A program made the translations under genes and the position numbers. 64,000 nt of DNA. Source: Candidatus Falkowbacteria bacterium RIFOXYD12_FULL_34_57 (GTDB lineage: Bacteria; Patescibacteriota; Patescibacteriia; Patescibacteriales; UBA12075). Within the stretch, counting starts at the first letter, position 1. Every line of letters starts with the position of its first letter. The stretch is from contig MFGN01000005.1 of the NCBI GenBank assembly GCA_001780285.1, positions 10,200 through 74,199 on the forward strand. The letters are read 5' to 3'. Below are positions 38,351 through 48,015 of the stretch, piece by piece. Under the pieces are notes generated by a model. That model searched no databases and was not told the DNA's origin. It saw only the letters and a program-made list of their open reading frames with translations.

Positions 38351-38538
38351 GCAGGTCTTCTCTCCGGCAACCATAATATCAATGGGTCGTTCAACAATCG
38401 TGGCACGAACGGCAACTTTTGGTCGTCATCTGAGAATGGTTCTAATGCTTGGTATCGCAATCTGAATTCGTCTAATGCTGGTGTCAATCGCAATAATGCG
38501 GACAAGGGCAACGGTTTATCGGTGCGATGCCTCAAGGA
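38351..38538 (+). repeat. DGR template repeat (TR), non-coding RNA template
   Basis: Matches VR1 and VR2 except at adenines. In the VR frame it reads AGLLSGNHNINGSFNNRGTNGNFWSSSENGSNAWYRNLNSSNAGVNRNNADKGNGLSVRCLKD, rich in AAC/AAT codons. Confidence 0.95.
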
Positions 38539-38554
38539 CTGGTGCGTTGACATG

Positions 38555-38591
38555 AGGTGTTTGATGTTCAATGATTGAATGTCAAACACCT
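38555..38591 (+). promoter_or_regulatory. Long hairpin in the TR-RT spacer
   Basis: AGGTGTTTGA-TG-TTCAA-tga-TTGAA-TG-TCAAACACCT: 15 Watson-Crick pairs plus two T/G oppositions, with a 3-nt loop. Confidence 0.6.
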
Positions 38592-38610
38592 TTCAATGTA
38601 AAAATAAAAA

Positions 38611-39850
<1,240 letters not shown>

Positions 39851-39893
39851 AACCATCTGCTACAATAAAGGTATAATTCATTTTTTATACTAT

Positions 39894-40496
39894 ATGGTCA
39901 AAAAACTAAATCCTATTTTAGTGCAAAAAGGCCTGGCGGAGAAGGATATTATTATTTTTAGCCCCAGAGAATTTCAACGGATATTTGCTGTCTCCGGTTT
40001 TGCCGCGCAAAAATTTATTCATCAACATGCACGGAAAGGGTTTTTTAACAAATTGAAAAACGGTTTGTATTGCCTGTCTTCGGCTAAACCGCATTCTTTT
40101 GTTGTCGCCAATAAATTATACGCGCCTTCATATATTTCGCTTGCCACCGCCTTGTCGTTTCATGGCATCATTCCTGAAACAAGCTACGGCATTAGCAGTG
40201 TCTCCACCAAGGCAACCCGCGATATTTATTCATGTCAAAAAGAATTTACCTATAGCAAGATCAAAAAAAGCTTGTTCACCGGCTATGGTTTTTATAGGCA
40301 AAATAATGAAAAATTTTTCATGGCTGAGCCGGAAAAGGCCTTATTGGATTATCTGTATTTTTTAACGCTCAATTCAGGCAAAATAAACAGCCGGATAAAT
40401 ATAACAAAATTGAACAAACAGAAAATCAAAAAATGGCAAAAATTATTTAACAATCCCAAAATAGACAAATTTATCACTGAATTATATGCTGGATAA
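39894..40496 (+). CDS. abiEi: Type IV toxin-antitoxin system AbiEi-family antitoxin
   Basis: About 200 aa, N-terminal wHTH-like region, immediately upstream of and overlapping (11 nt) an AbiEii gene. ATG 39894 preferred over TTG 39837, which would overlap the RT. Confidence 0.65.
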   Translation: MVKKLNPILVQKGLAEKDIIIFSPREFQRIFAVSGFAAQKFIHQHARKGFFNKLKNGLYCLSSAKPHSFVVANKLYAPSYISLATALSFHGIIPETSYGISSVSTKATRDIYSCQKEFTYSKIKKSLFTGYGFYRQNNEKFFMAEPEKALLDYLYFLTLNSGKINSRINITKLNKQKIKKWQKLFNNPKIDKFITELYAG

Positions 40497-41208
40497 AAAT
40501 CAAATTACAAAAATTGCTACCAATCTTCAAACAACGGAATACAATACAGCGGAAGAATATTGCCAGCATATTTTTTTGTCGCAGTTTTATCAATTGCCAT
40601 CAAGCGAACGCGTTTTTTTCAAAGGCGGCACTGCTTTGCGTATCGTTTTTGCTTCTCCGCGTTTTTCCGAAGATTTGGATTTTTCTTCAGATTTAATGAT
40701 CAAAGATTTACAGCCGCTTTTTCAAAAAACCTTAAAAGCAATGGAAACATATGCAATTCAGACCGAAGCCTTGGAAGCAAAAGCCACTTCGGGCGGGTTT
40801 TTGGCGATTTTTGTTTGTAAATTATTGGATTTTTCCGTTCAATTGCAGGTAGAAGTATCAAAGCGTAACAAAAAAGATTTGGAGGGTGAGATTTTTTCAA
40901 TCAATTCCGATTTTATCCAGCCCTATACTTTGTATAATCTCAAAACTGAAATGCTTGTTTCTGAAAAAATCCAGGCAACGCTTACGCGCAAAAAACCTCG
41001 TGATTTTTTTGATATCTATTTTCTTTTAAGATCTCGTTTGATTATACCGAGTCAGAAAAAAGATTTATTAAAAATTAAAACATTGATAGAAAAATCCGAG
41101 ATTAATTTTTCGCGCGAACTAAAACAATTTTTGCCAATATCATTTCATAATATTATTAAAGATTTCAAGAAGACACTGGTAAATGAAATCAATCGGAATG
41201 TGGCTTGA
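40486..41208 (+). CDS. abiEii: Nucleotidyltransferase AbiEii/AbiGii-family toxin
   Basis: FFKGGTALRIVFASPRFSEDLDFSS is the hallmark N-terminal motif of the AbiEii (DUF1814) nucleotidyltransferases. Confidence 0.8.
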   Translation: MLDKNQITKIATNLQTTEYNTAEEYCQHIFLSQFYQLPSSERVFFKGGTALRIVFASPRFSEDLDFSSDLMIKDLQPLFQKTLKAMETYAIQTEALEAKATSGGFLAIFVCKLLDFSVQLQVEVSKRNKKDLEGEIFSINSDFIQPYTLYNLKTEMLVSEKIQATLTRKKPRDFFDIYFLLRSRLIIPSQKKDLLKIKTLIEKSEINFSRELKQFLPISFHNIIKDFKKTLVNEINRNVA

Positions 41209-41315
41209 AACTGTATTGTTAAAAAAGAAATTCAAGCGTTTATCGGTTTAATTGTGTTTATAATGAGAAAGGGTTTTTGAGGGAAAGGTGATGGGGGTGA
41301 TAGATAAAAATTAAC

Positions 41316-41344
41316 TTGACAAGTATAAAAATATCTGATAATAT
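41316..41344 (+). promoter_or_regulatory. Sigma70-like promoter (TTGACA-17-TAATAT)
   Basis: Perfect -35, 17-nt spacer, TAATAT -10, about 40 nt upstream of the 41386 ATG. Confidence 0.55.
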
Positions 41345-41385
41345 ATTACTTACTAAGTATAAAATAATCTATTAATTTTGATAAA

Positions 41386-42585
41386 ATGCTCTATAATAGG
41401 GAAATATTAGAAAAAATAAAGAAAGTGCTAAAAAATGATGAATATATTATTTTGAGCGGTGCCAGACAAACTGGAAAAACCTCAATTTTGATAATGCTTA
41501 AAGATTTTTTAATGGCAGAAGGCAAGGATTGCTATTATTTTAATTTGGAAAATCAAAGCTATTTAAATGTGCTCAATAAACATCCATATAATATTTTTGA
41601 ACTTATTCCCGAGAAAAGCATCAAACAATATGTATTTATTGATGAGATTCAATACCTGGACGACCCAAGCAATTTTTTGAAACTACTTTACGATGAAAAA
41701 AGAAGCCAGATAAAAATAATTGCAAGCGGATCATCTTCGTTTTATATAGATAAAAAATTTCGCGACAGCTTAGCCGGTCGGAAATACCTTTTTGAAATAT
41801 TTGCTCTGAATTTTGATGAATTTATCTTGTTTAAAAATGAAGAAAATATTCTAAAACAGAAAGGGCAAAAGATCAGCGCGTACTACCAAGACAAAATACG
41901 CGCCTTATGGCATGAATATATAGAATACGGCGCATACCCCAAAGTAGCGCTTTCGGAAAATCCGGAACTGCGGCTTATGAATCTGGAAGAAATCGGATCA
42001 TCGTATATCAAGAAAGACATAAATGACGCAGGCATAAGGAATCAAGAAAAATATTTTGCATTGCTCAAAATCTTGGCGGAACAAACCGGATCATTGGTAA
42101 ACTTGCAAGAACTTTCAGGAACACTGGGGCTCGCCCGCAAAACCATAGATGAATATTTATATGTTATCAGAAAATCTTATCAGACAGCATTTATCAAGCC
42201 TTTTTTTAAAAATTTTCGAAAAGAATTGGTAAAAATGCCAAAATGTTATTTTTATGATCTTGGCTTGCGCAATTATTTTTTGGGAAACTACGAAACATTG
42301 GAAAAACGAACAGACAAAGGCGAAGTGGCAGAAAACTTATTTTTTAAAGAGCTATTACGCTTGGCCGGCAATCCGGACAAAATAAAATTTTGGCGCACTC
42401 AAGACGGCAGGGAAGTGGATTTTGTTCTGGGGAAAAAAGCCTGGGAGATAAAATACAATTCAAAAAAAACCCGCTTAAAAAAATCCGAGACTTTTACGAC
42501 AGAGTACCCGGATATCGAGCTTAGTATGGTTTCGTTTGACATGATACTGGAAATATTTTATGGATATAAAATGAATCGTAGTTGA
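41386..42585 (+). CDS. AAA-type ATPase with DUF4143 C-terminal domain
   Basis: Walker A GARQTGKTS, Walker B-like VFIDEIQ. Overall layout matches AAA_14 + DUF4143 proteins. Confidence 0.75.
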   Translation: MLYNREILEKIKKVLKNDEYIILSGARQTGKTSILIMLKDFLMAEGKDCYYFNLENQSYLNVLNKHPYNIFELIPEKSIKQYVFIDEIQYLDDPSNFLKLLYDEKRSQIKIIASGSSSFYIDKKFRDSLAGRKYLFEIFALNFDEFILFKNEENILKQKGQKISAYYQDKIRALWHEYIEYGAYPKVALSENPELRLMNLEEIGSSYIKKDINDAGIRNQEKYFALLKILAEQTGSLVNLQELSGTLGLARKTIDEYLYVIRKSYQTAFIKPFFKNFRKELVKMPKCYFYDLGLRNYFLGNYETLEKRTDKGEVAENLFFKELLRLAGNPDKIKFWRTQDGREVDFVLGKKAWEIKYNSKKTRLKKSETFTTEYPDIELSMVSFDMILEIFYGYKMNRS

Positions 42586-42708
42586 AATAAAACCGCCTGA
42601 ACCGCAGAGATTCTCGCTGATTAACACATACTGTATATAGTTTACAAATAACGCTATTTATAATAGTACATTCTTGCAAATAACTAGAAGTATTTTTATC
42701 ATAATTTT

Positions 42709-43500
42709 ATGAAAATTCCAGATAAATTAAAAAAATTTTCAGGCACCGCTTGGCCTTTTCTGGGATTAGCCGGTTTTTTGATTTGGGGCTGGTTTTATGT
42801 GAAGCCGCTTTTGCCCCGCGATTTTTTTAGTTTTGAGAATATGGGCGATAAAATAGCCGGCATTTTCCAAAAAGAAGAAGAATGGGAGCATCCGGATGCG
42901 AAATATAATTTTCATTATGCGCATAACGGCCTGAAGCCGAAAGGGGCGGAAGATCTTATTGATATCATAAACAATCCGGATATCGCTCCGGCCGGCAGCG
43001 AAGAATCCATGGGGGAGCGGAAAAATATTTCAGTGAATTCCGCCGATGAGCTGCAGGCAGCCGTCAAAGACGCCGCGCCCGGGGATATAATAGAGCTGCA
43101 GCCGGGAATATATAAGACAAATTTATTCATCGATAAGGATTTGACGATTCGGGGCAGGGGAACCAGCACGGTGATTATCGGCGGAGGCAAAGGCACGGCG
43201 GTTTACGCGCAGAACTGCAGATTCAATTTATCGCACTTAATGATTACAGATTCCAACTCCGCCATCAAGCTAAACAATAGCAGCGGCGAGATTCGAGCGC
43301 TAGTTATTCAAAACAATAAAAAGTCAGGAATAGAGCTTCGAAGCAGCCAATTTGCGGTCAAAGGTAATATTATTGCAAAAAACGGCAGCTACGGCGTATT
43401 TGCCGATCAGGATTCGGATGTAGAAATCGAAGGTAATTATATTGATGAAAATGGAGGATTTGAAGCGAGGATCGAGGGGAAGAAGGAGATTTATAGATGA
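42709..43500 (+). CDS. Membrane-anchored right-handed parallel beta-helix (PbH1/NosD-like) repeat protein
   Basis: N-terminal TM. ELQPGIYKTNLFIDKDLTIRG followed by approximately 22-residue repeats (NSAIKLNNSSGEI, KKSGIELRSSQFAVKGNII, GSYGVFADQDSDVEIEGNYI). Confidence 0.65.
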   Translation: MKIPDKLKKFSGTAWPFLGLAGFLIWGWFYVKPLLPRDFFSFENMGDKIAGIFQKEEEWEHPDAKYNFHYAHNGLKPKGAEDLIDIINNPDIAPAGSEESMGERKNISVNSADELQAAVKDAAPGDIIELQPGIYKTNLFIDKDLTIRGRGTSTVIIGGGKGTAVYAQNCRFNLSHLMITDSNSAIKLNNSSGEIRALVIQNNKKSGIELRSSQFAVKGNIIAKNGSYGVFADQDSDVEIEGNYIDENGGFEARIEGKKEIYR

Positions 43501-43553
43501 TTGATTTGCTTCGCTCATGAAATTAGAAATTTGAAATTAGGAAATTTAGTAAT

Positions 43554-43925
43554 ATGGATAATAATAAACAATATATTAAGTTGGGTAATTTGGAGGTGTA
43601 TCAGATTTCAATTGAGTTGTCTGATTTGGTTTGGAATGTTTTTGAAAAACAGGATTGGTAAACTAAGAAAGTTATCGGTCATCAGTTTGTTCGTTCTATT
43701 GATTCAATCGGAGCGAATATTGCCGATAGCTATGGCCGTTTTTATCATCGAGATAAAATAAAATTTTACTATAATGCCCGCGGTTCACTATTGGAATCAA
43801 AACACTGGGCATTATTGCATAATCGGAGAGAGTTGATTGATAATAAAAAATACAACGAAATGATGAAAAAATTAAATGACCTACATAAAAAATTAAATTC
43901 ATACATAGGTTCCTGCGCAAAATAA
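43554..43925 (+). pseudogene. Four-helix-bundle (23S rRNA IVS-type) protein gene with an in-frame TAA
   Basis: MDNNKQYIKLGNLEVYQISIELSDLVWNVFEKQDW-TAA(43659-43661)-TKKVIGHQFVRSIDSIGANIADSYGRFYHRDKIKFYYNARGSLLESKHW. Same frame on both sides of the stop. Confidence 0.6.
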
Positions 43926-44353
43926 ATATAATAATCAAAAAAACGAAATTTCTAATTTCGCTTGCAGAGCTTAATTTCAATAAATATATACCAACAATCA
44001 AACAAAGACTTGCCAATTTGCTTTGGCTCTCTATAACAATTTTTATCTTAAGCGTGATAGCCGGCGCGACTATCCATATTTTCGCGGCTTTTATCGAGCC
44101 GACAGCCGCGCCGAGAGCCTCGGATCAGTACTTCTACAGATATGCCTGGGTAGCCGGCGTCAACGCTTGTTCTTTCGTGTTTTCAATTCTTGTCACTGAT
44201 AGCAACAGGTTTAGGGCAGTGTTTCACCCCTAGAGTTTCCCATTATTTAATTATTTTTATTATTTATTTTTGTTATTGGGCTATTATTGTTAGCATTATA
44301 TCCACGGTATCCTTTACTCCGCTCAGTTCAGGATACTTATAATAATCAGGCAA

Positions 44354-44382
44354 CTTGACAAAAATTAATCCGTATATTATTA
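44354..44382 (+). promoter_or_regulatory. Sigma70-like promoter (TTGACA-17-TATTAT)
   Basis: Perfect -35 and 17-nt spacer. Followed by the small palindrome TGGAT-tgtat-ATCCA before the 44431 ATG. Confidence 0.5.
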
Positions 44383-44430
44383 TTAATTTATGGATTGTAT
44401 ATCCACAAATTAATAATAATTTAAGGAAAT

Positions 44431-45552
44431 ATGTTAAAAAGGTATTTAAATTTAGCTAAATTACTAAAAGAACAAAAAGTTTTGGTTATTTATGGCCCGA
44501 GAAGAGTTGGCAAAACCACTGTTTTGGAAGATTTTTTGAAACAAACAAAATTAAAATATAAAAAAGATTCCGGTGATAACGTGAAAACTCGTCAGATTTT
44601 GGGATCGGATGATTTTGATAAAATCGCGGAATACGCCGCCGGATATGAACTTATTGCCATTGATGAAGCGCAGTTGATCCCAAATATCGGCATGGGTTTG
44701 AAAATTTTGGTTGACAATGTTCCCGGTCTGCGAATAATTGCTACCGGTTCCGCTTCTTTTGCACTATCTCAGCAAATTGGCGAGCCGTTAACGGGCAGAA
44801 AAATTACAAAAAATTTATATCCCCTTTCCCAAATTGAGTTAGCGGAAAAGTATAATAAATTTGAATTAAAAGAAAAATTGGAAGAATTTTTGATTTTTGG
44901 CTCATACCCGGAATGTATCATGGCAGAAAGCCCGGTGAAAAAAATTGAGATTTTGGAAGAAATTGCTAATTCCTATTTATTAAAAGATGTTTTGGCTTTG
45001 GAAAGAGTAAAATCATCCAATGTGCTCATTAAATTATTAAAATTATTAGCCCTGCAAGTCGGTTCCGAAGCGTCTTTGAATGAATTGGCAACGCAAACGC
45101 ATTTAGACGTTAAGACCGTTGACCGCTATTTGGATATTTTAGAAAAAGGCTTTGTGATTAAAAGCTTGGTATCATTTAGCCGTAATCTGAGAAAGGAATT
45201 AAACCGTAAATATAAATATTATTTTTATGATAATGGTATTCGTAATGCTCTTATCTCTCAGTTTAATCCTTTATCTGATCGTAATGACGCCGGTGCTTTG
45301 TGGGAAAATTTTTTGGTGATGGAGCGTTTGAAAAAGCAAATGATTGCTCCGGTTTATTCCAACAATTATTTCTGGCGGACTTATGACCAAAAGGAAATAG
45401 ATTGGATTGAAGAGCGGGACGGAAAACTTTTTGGTTTTGAGTTCAAATGGGGAAGCAAGAATAAAAAAGAACCAAAACTTTGGAAAGAAACTTATAAAGA
45501 AGCTGAATTTTCCGTGGTTAATCGGGAAAATTATTTGGATTTTATTATATGA
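44431..45552 (+). CDS. AAA-type ATPase with DUF4143 C-terminal domain (second copy)
   Basis: Walker A GPRRVGKTT, Walker B IAIDEAQ, same architecture as the 41386 gene. Its stop overlaps the next start (ATGA at 45549-45552). Confidence 0.75.
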   Translation: MLKRYLNLAKLLKEQKVLVIYGPRRVGKTTVLEDFLKQTKLKYKKDSGDNVKTRQILGSDDFDKIAEYAAGYELIAIDEAQLIPNIGMGLKILVDNVPGLRIIATGSASFALSQQIGEPLTGRKITKNLYPLSQIELAEKYNKFELKEKLEEFLIFGSYPECIMAESPVKKIEILEEIANSYLLKDVLALERVKSSNVLIKLLKLLALQVGSEASLNELATQTHLDVKTVDRYLDILEKGFVIKSLVSFSRNLRKELNRKYKYYFYDNGIRNALISQFNPLSDRNDAGALWENFLVMERLKKQMIAPVYSNNYFWRTYDQKEIDWIEERDGKLFGFEFKWGSKNKKEPKLWKETYKEAEFSVVNRENYLDFII

Positions 45553-46784
45553 AAATGTTTAACACAAGATCAAAATTAATAATCATCTTCGTCATGGTTT
45601 TCGCTTTGGCGCATTTTGTCGCGGCCGGCGATATCGGCAACTCCTACGGTTATGCCTGGATGGAGAAGCTGGGATGGATATCATTCAACGGCGGCGGAGC
45701 TGGCGTGGATTACGGAATAACAGTCGGAGAAGCGGCTCTCTCCGGCTACGCCTGGAGCGAGAAGACCGGATGGATCAATTTTGACGATTCCGGATCGTAT
45801 TACGGCGTAACCAATGACGGAACCGGAAATTTGAGCGGTTATGCCTGGAGCGAAAAGCTCGGCTACATCAGCTTCGACGACTCTGGCGCGAATAATTATT
45901 ATCAAGTAACGCTTATTGATTCCGGCATTGTGAAGGAATACAAACCGGGAACAATCACCTTGCGCACCGGAACCACCCTGCGGACAGGCACAACGCTGAG
46001 CCCCGGGCAGTCAGAAGTCGTAAGAAGTTATTTTTCAGGATATGCCTGGTCGGAGCTTGGCGGATATATCAATATGGACGATCCGGAGGCTTTATACAAA
46101 CCGAGCACCGAATACTATTTCGTTTGCGGAACAAATAATATTTACGATATAGACGGCAACAGCTACCCGACCGTGCAGATCGGCGACCAGTGCTGGATGG
46201 CGCAGAATTTGATGGTGAGTCGGAATGCCGACGGTTCAGCCGTCAATGGAACTGGAGACACGGATACGACTCCACCAGTTGCGTATAGTGACGGAAATTG
46301 GGAAGCAGTCGAAGGCTATCTCTACAACTGGCAAGACGCCATGAACGGCTCCACTGCCCAAAGCGCCCAGGGCATCTGTCCGGACGGCTGGCATGTGCCG
46401 TCGCACGACGAATGGACGGATTTGGAGCGGTATATTTGCAATGCCGAGGGGAATGCGGATTGTGATACGGTTTTTCCAAAGGATACGACAACGACCGGTT
46501 ATCTTGGGACGAATGAGGGGACGGAATTGAAGGCTGATGCTCCTGTTAATGGCATCGGGACGGATCCGAATGGAGATGATGGGTATGGGTTCGCAGGTCT
46601 TCTCTCCGGCAACCATAATTTCAATGGGTCGTTCAACAATCGTGGCACGTACGGCGACTTTTGGTCGTCATCTGAGAATGGTTCTGATGCTTGGTATCGC
46701 AGTCTGGATTCGTCTAATGCTGGTGTCGATCGCGTTAGTGCGGGCAAGGGCTACGGTTTATCGGTGCGATGCCTCAAGGATTGA
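45549..46784 (+). CDS. Secreted lectin-like protein, DGR target 2 (variable protein)
   Basis: Signal peptide. Four SGYAWSE-x-[LT]G[WY]I-x-F-type repeats. C-terminal DIDGNSYPTVQIGDQCWMAQNL...LSVRCLKD, homologous to the target 1 C-terminus. The last 188 nt before the stop are VR2. Confidence 0.85.
   Translation: MKMFNTRSKLIIIFVMVFALAHFVAAGDIGNSYGYAWMEKLGWISFNGGGAGVDYGITVGEAALSGYAWSEKTGWINFDDSGSYYGVTNDGTGNLSGYAWSEKLGYISFDDSGANNYYQVTLIDSGIVKEYKPGTITLRTGTTLRTGTTLSPGQSEVVRSYFSGYAWSELGGYINMDDPEALYKPSTEYYFVCGTNNIYDIDGNSYPTVQIGDQCWMAQNLMVSRNADGSAVNGTGDTDTTPPVAYSDGNWEAVEGYLYNWQDAMNGSTAQSAQGICPDGWHVPSHDEWTDLERYICNAEGNADCDTVFPKDTTTTGYLGTNEGTELKADAPVNGIGTDPNGDDGYGFAGLLSGNHNFNGSFNNRGTYGDFWSSSENGSDAWYRSLDSSNAGVDRVSAGKGYGLSVRCLKD
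46593..46780 (+). repeat. DGR variable repeat 2 (VR2)
   Basis: Gap-free 188-nt alignment with the TR. 12 mismatches, all at TR adenines. Confidence 0.95.
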
Positions 46785-46816
46785 TTCGATTATTTAATAA
46801 TTTTATTATTTTTTTT

Positions 46817-46981
46817 ATGGCAAGATATGATCATCTTCCAGTATATAAAGTTAGTTATGAATTGTTGCTTTTGGTATTCCAGATAACCAAGTATTTTTCA
46901 CGGGAATTTAAATATACGATTGGACAGGAGTTAAAAAAAGAAGCAATTGAAATGATGACGAATATTTATCGAGCAAAATAA
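46817..46981 (+). pseudogene. Truncated avd copy (54 codons)
   Basis: MARYDHLPVYKVSYELLLLVFQITKYFSREFKYTIGQELKKEAIEMMTNIYRAK then TAA, where intact avd continues for about 60 more codons. The upstream 36-nt spacer equals the VR1-avd spacer plus one T. Confidence 0.75.
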
Positions 46982-47128
46982 GAGATATAATTATTAAAAA
47001 CGTATTTATTCCAAAAGAGATAATTGAAAAATACGGATTTTGGGAAAAGCAGAAGGTTGTAATTCAAGATAAGGGGAGAGGGGGAATAGAGATTAAGGAT
47101 TGGAAAAAATAAAAAAATAAATATTTTT

Positions 47129-47170
47129 CTAGCACCTTCGCAAGATCTAAGGACCTTCCGAAGGTGCTAG
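47129..47170. repeat. REP-like palindrome upstream of the Y1 transposase gene
   Basis: CTAGCACCTTCG...CGAAGGTGCTAG (12-bp arms) enclosing accttcgcaagatctaaggaccttccgaaggt. Confidence 0.75.
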
Positions 47171-47193
47171 AAAAGTCGTGACATTAAAGTAAT

Positions 47194-47856
47194 ATGAAAA
47201 GACCAAAATTTCAAAATGGAAAATATTATCATATTTGTAATCGTGGAGTAGATAAACGGGAGGTTTTTATGTGTGATGAGGATTATCTTAGATTTTTAAT
47301 TAGTTTAAGATATTTTAATGATGTGAATCCGACAGGAGGACTCTATAATTACCTGCAAAGCTTTAAACTCGAAACCTTCGCAAGGTCTAAGGACCTTCCG
47401 AAGGTACCGGATAATGAACCTTTGGTAGATATTTTGTGTTATTGTTTAAATATAAATCATTTTCATTTATTATTAAAACAAAAAAAAGAAGATGGAGTTT
47501 CAAATTTTATGCAAAAGCTTAGTAATAGTTATACACAGTATTTTAATAAGAAGCATAAACGTTCAGGAGTATTATTTCAGGGAAAATTTAGAGCTTTTGA
47601 AGTAAAAAGTGAAGGAAAATTGTGGGAAACTTCTTTTTATATTAACGGTAATGCAGAAATTCATAAAATTGATAAATGTGATAAATGGCCATGGTCAAGC
47701 TGCTCGGATTATTTAAATATACGAGAAGGGGATTTATGTAGTAAAAATGAAGTTTTAAAACATTTTAAAAATATTTCAGAATATAAAGAATTATTATTTG
47801 ATTATATTCGAGAGAAAAAGGCCTGGAAAGAAGAAAGAAAAGAATTTGAAAAATAG
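47194..47856 (+). CDS. IS200-like Y1 (HUH) transposase / REP-associated tyrosine transposase-like protein
   Basis: YHICNRG, HUH motif in NINHFHLLLK, SGVLFQGKFRA, tyrosine region SFYINGNAEIHK. Flanked by REP-like hairpins. Confidence 0.7.
   Translation: MKRPKFQNGKYYHICNRGVDKREVFMCDEDYLRFLISLRYFNDVNPTGGLYNYLQSFKLETFARSKDLPKVPDNEPLVDILCYCLNINHFHLLLKQKKEDGVSNFMQKLSNSYTQYFNKKHKRSGVLFQGKFRAFEVKSEGKLWETSFYINGNAEIHKIDKCDKWPWSSCSDYLNIREGDLCSKNEVLKHFKNISEYKELLFDYIREKKAWKEERKEFEK
47375..47407. repeat. REP-like unit inside the transposase CDS (in frame, 33 nt)
   Basis: accttcgcaaggtctaaggaccttccgaaggta differs by 1 nt over 32 nt from the upstream copy. Encodes TFARSKDLPKV. Confidence 0.8.
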
Positions 47857-47857
47857 T

Positions 47858-47882
47858 TTAAGGACCTTCCGAAGGTCCTTAA
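47858..47882. repeat. REP-like hairpin just after the transposase stop
   Basis: TTAAGGACCTT-ccg-AAGGTCCTTAA, 11-bp perfect stem. Shares taaggaccttccgaaggt with the other two copies. Confidence 0.8.
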
Positions 47883-48015
47883 TTAATATATTAATATAGG
47901 AAGCTTTTATGCTTCTTTTTCTTGTATTTAAATACTAAAATATGGTATAATAATATTATAATTCAGTATAAATAACTGGCTAATTTTTATATATTTTATA
48001 ATTAATTTATTCCCC

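Noticed and set aside
38203-38589. ORFs over the template repeat (38203-38589 minus strand, 128 aa; 38300-38578 plus strand, 92 aa)
   Set aside because: They exist only because the TR is a copy of the target-gene 3-prime end. The plus-strand ORF has no plausible start context or N-terminal domain, and the minus-strand ORF is its antisense shadow. The TR is a non-coding template.
43659-43661. In-frame TAA codons in three small genes (43659, 51718, 58373) as evidence for stop-codon reassignment
   Set aside because: TAA, TAG and TGA all terminate long, well-supported ORFs here (for example 27470 TAA, 32498 TAG, 37817 TGA). The affected genes also carry frameshifts or deletions, so ordinary pseudogenisation explains them.
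44018-44233. 71-aa ORF (TTG start) with a TM helix and AFIEPTAAPRASDQ
   Set aside because: The motif resembles N-termini of CPR fibre-like proteins, but the ORF is short, has an alternative start, lacks a ribosome-binding site and stops abruptly. It is probably a gene remnant and not confidently a gene.
46982-47110. AbrB/SpoVT-like segment (…IIIKNVFIPKEIIEKYGFWEKQKVVIQDKGRGGIEIKDWKK-stop) right after the truncated avd
   Set aside because: It has no start codon and only about 42 residues, which looks like the C-terminal half of an antitoxin-type DNA-binding domain left by the rearrangement that truncated avd. Noted as a remnant, not annotated as a gene.
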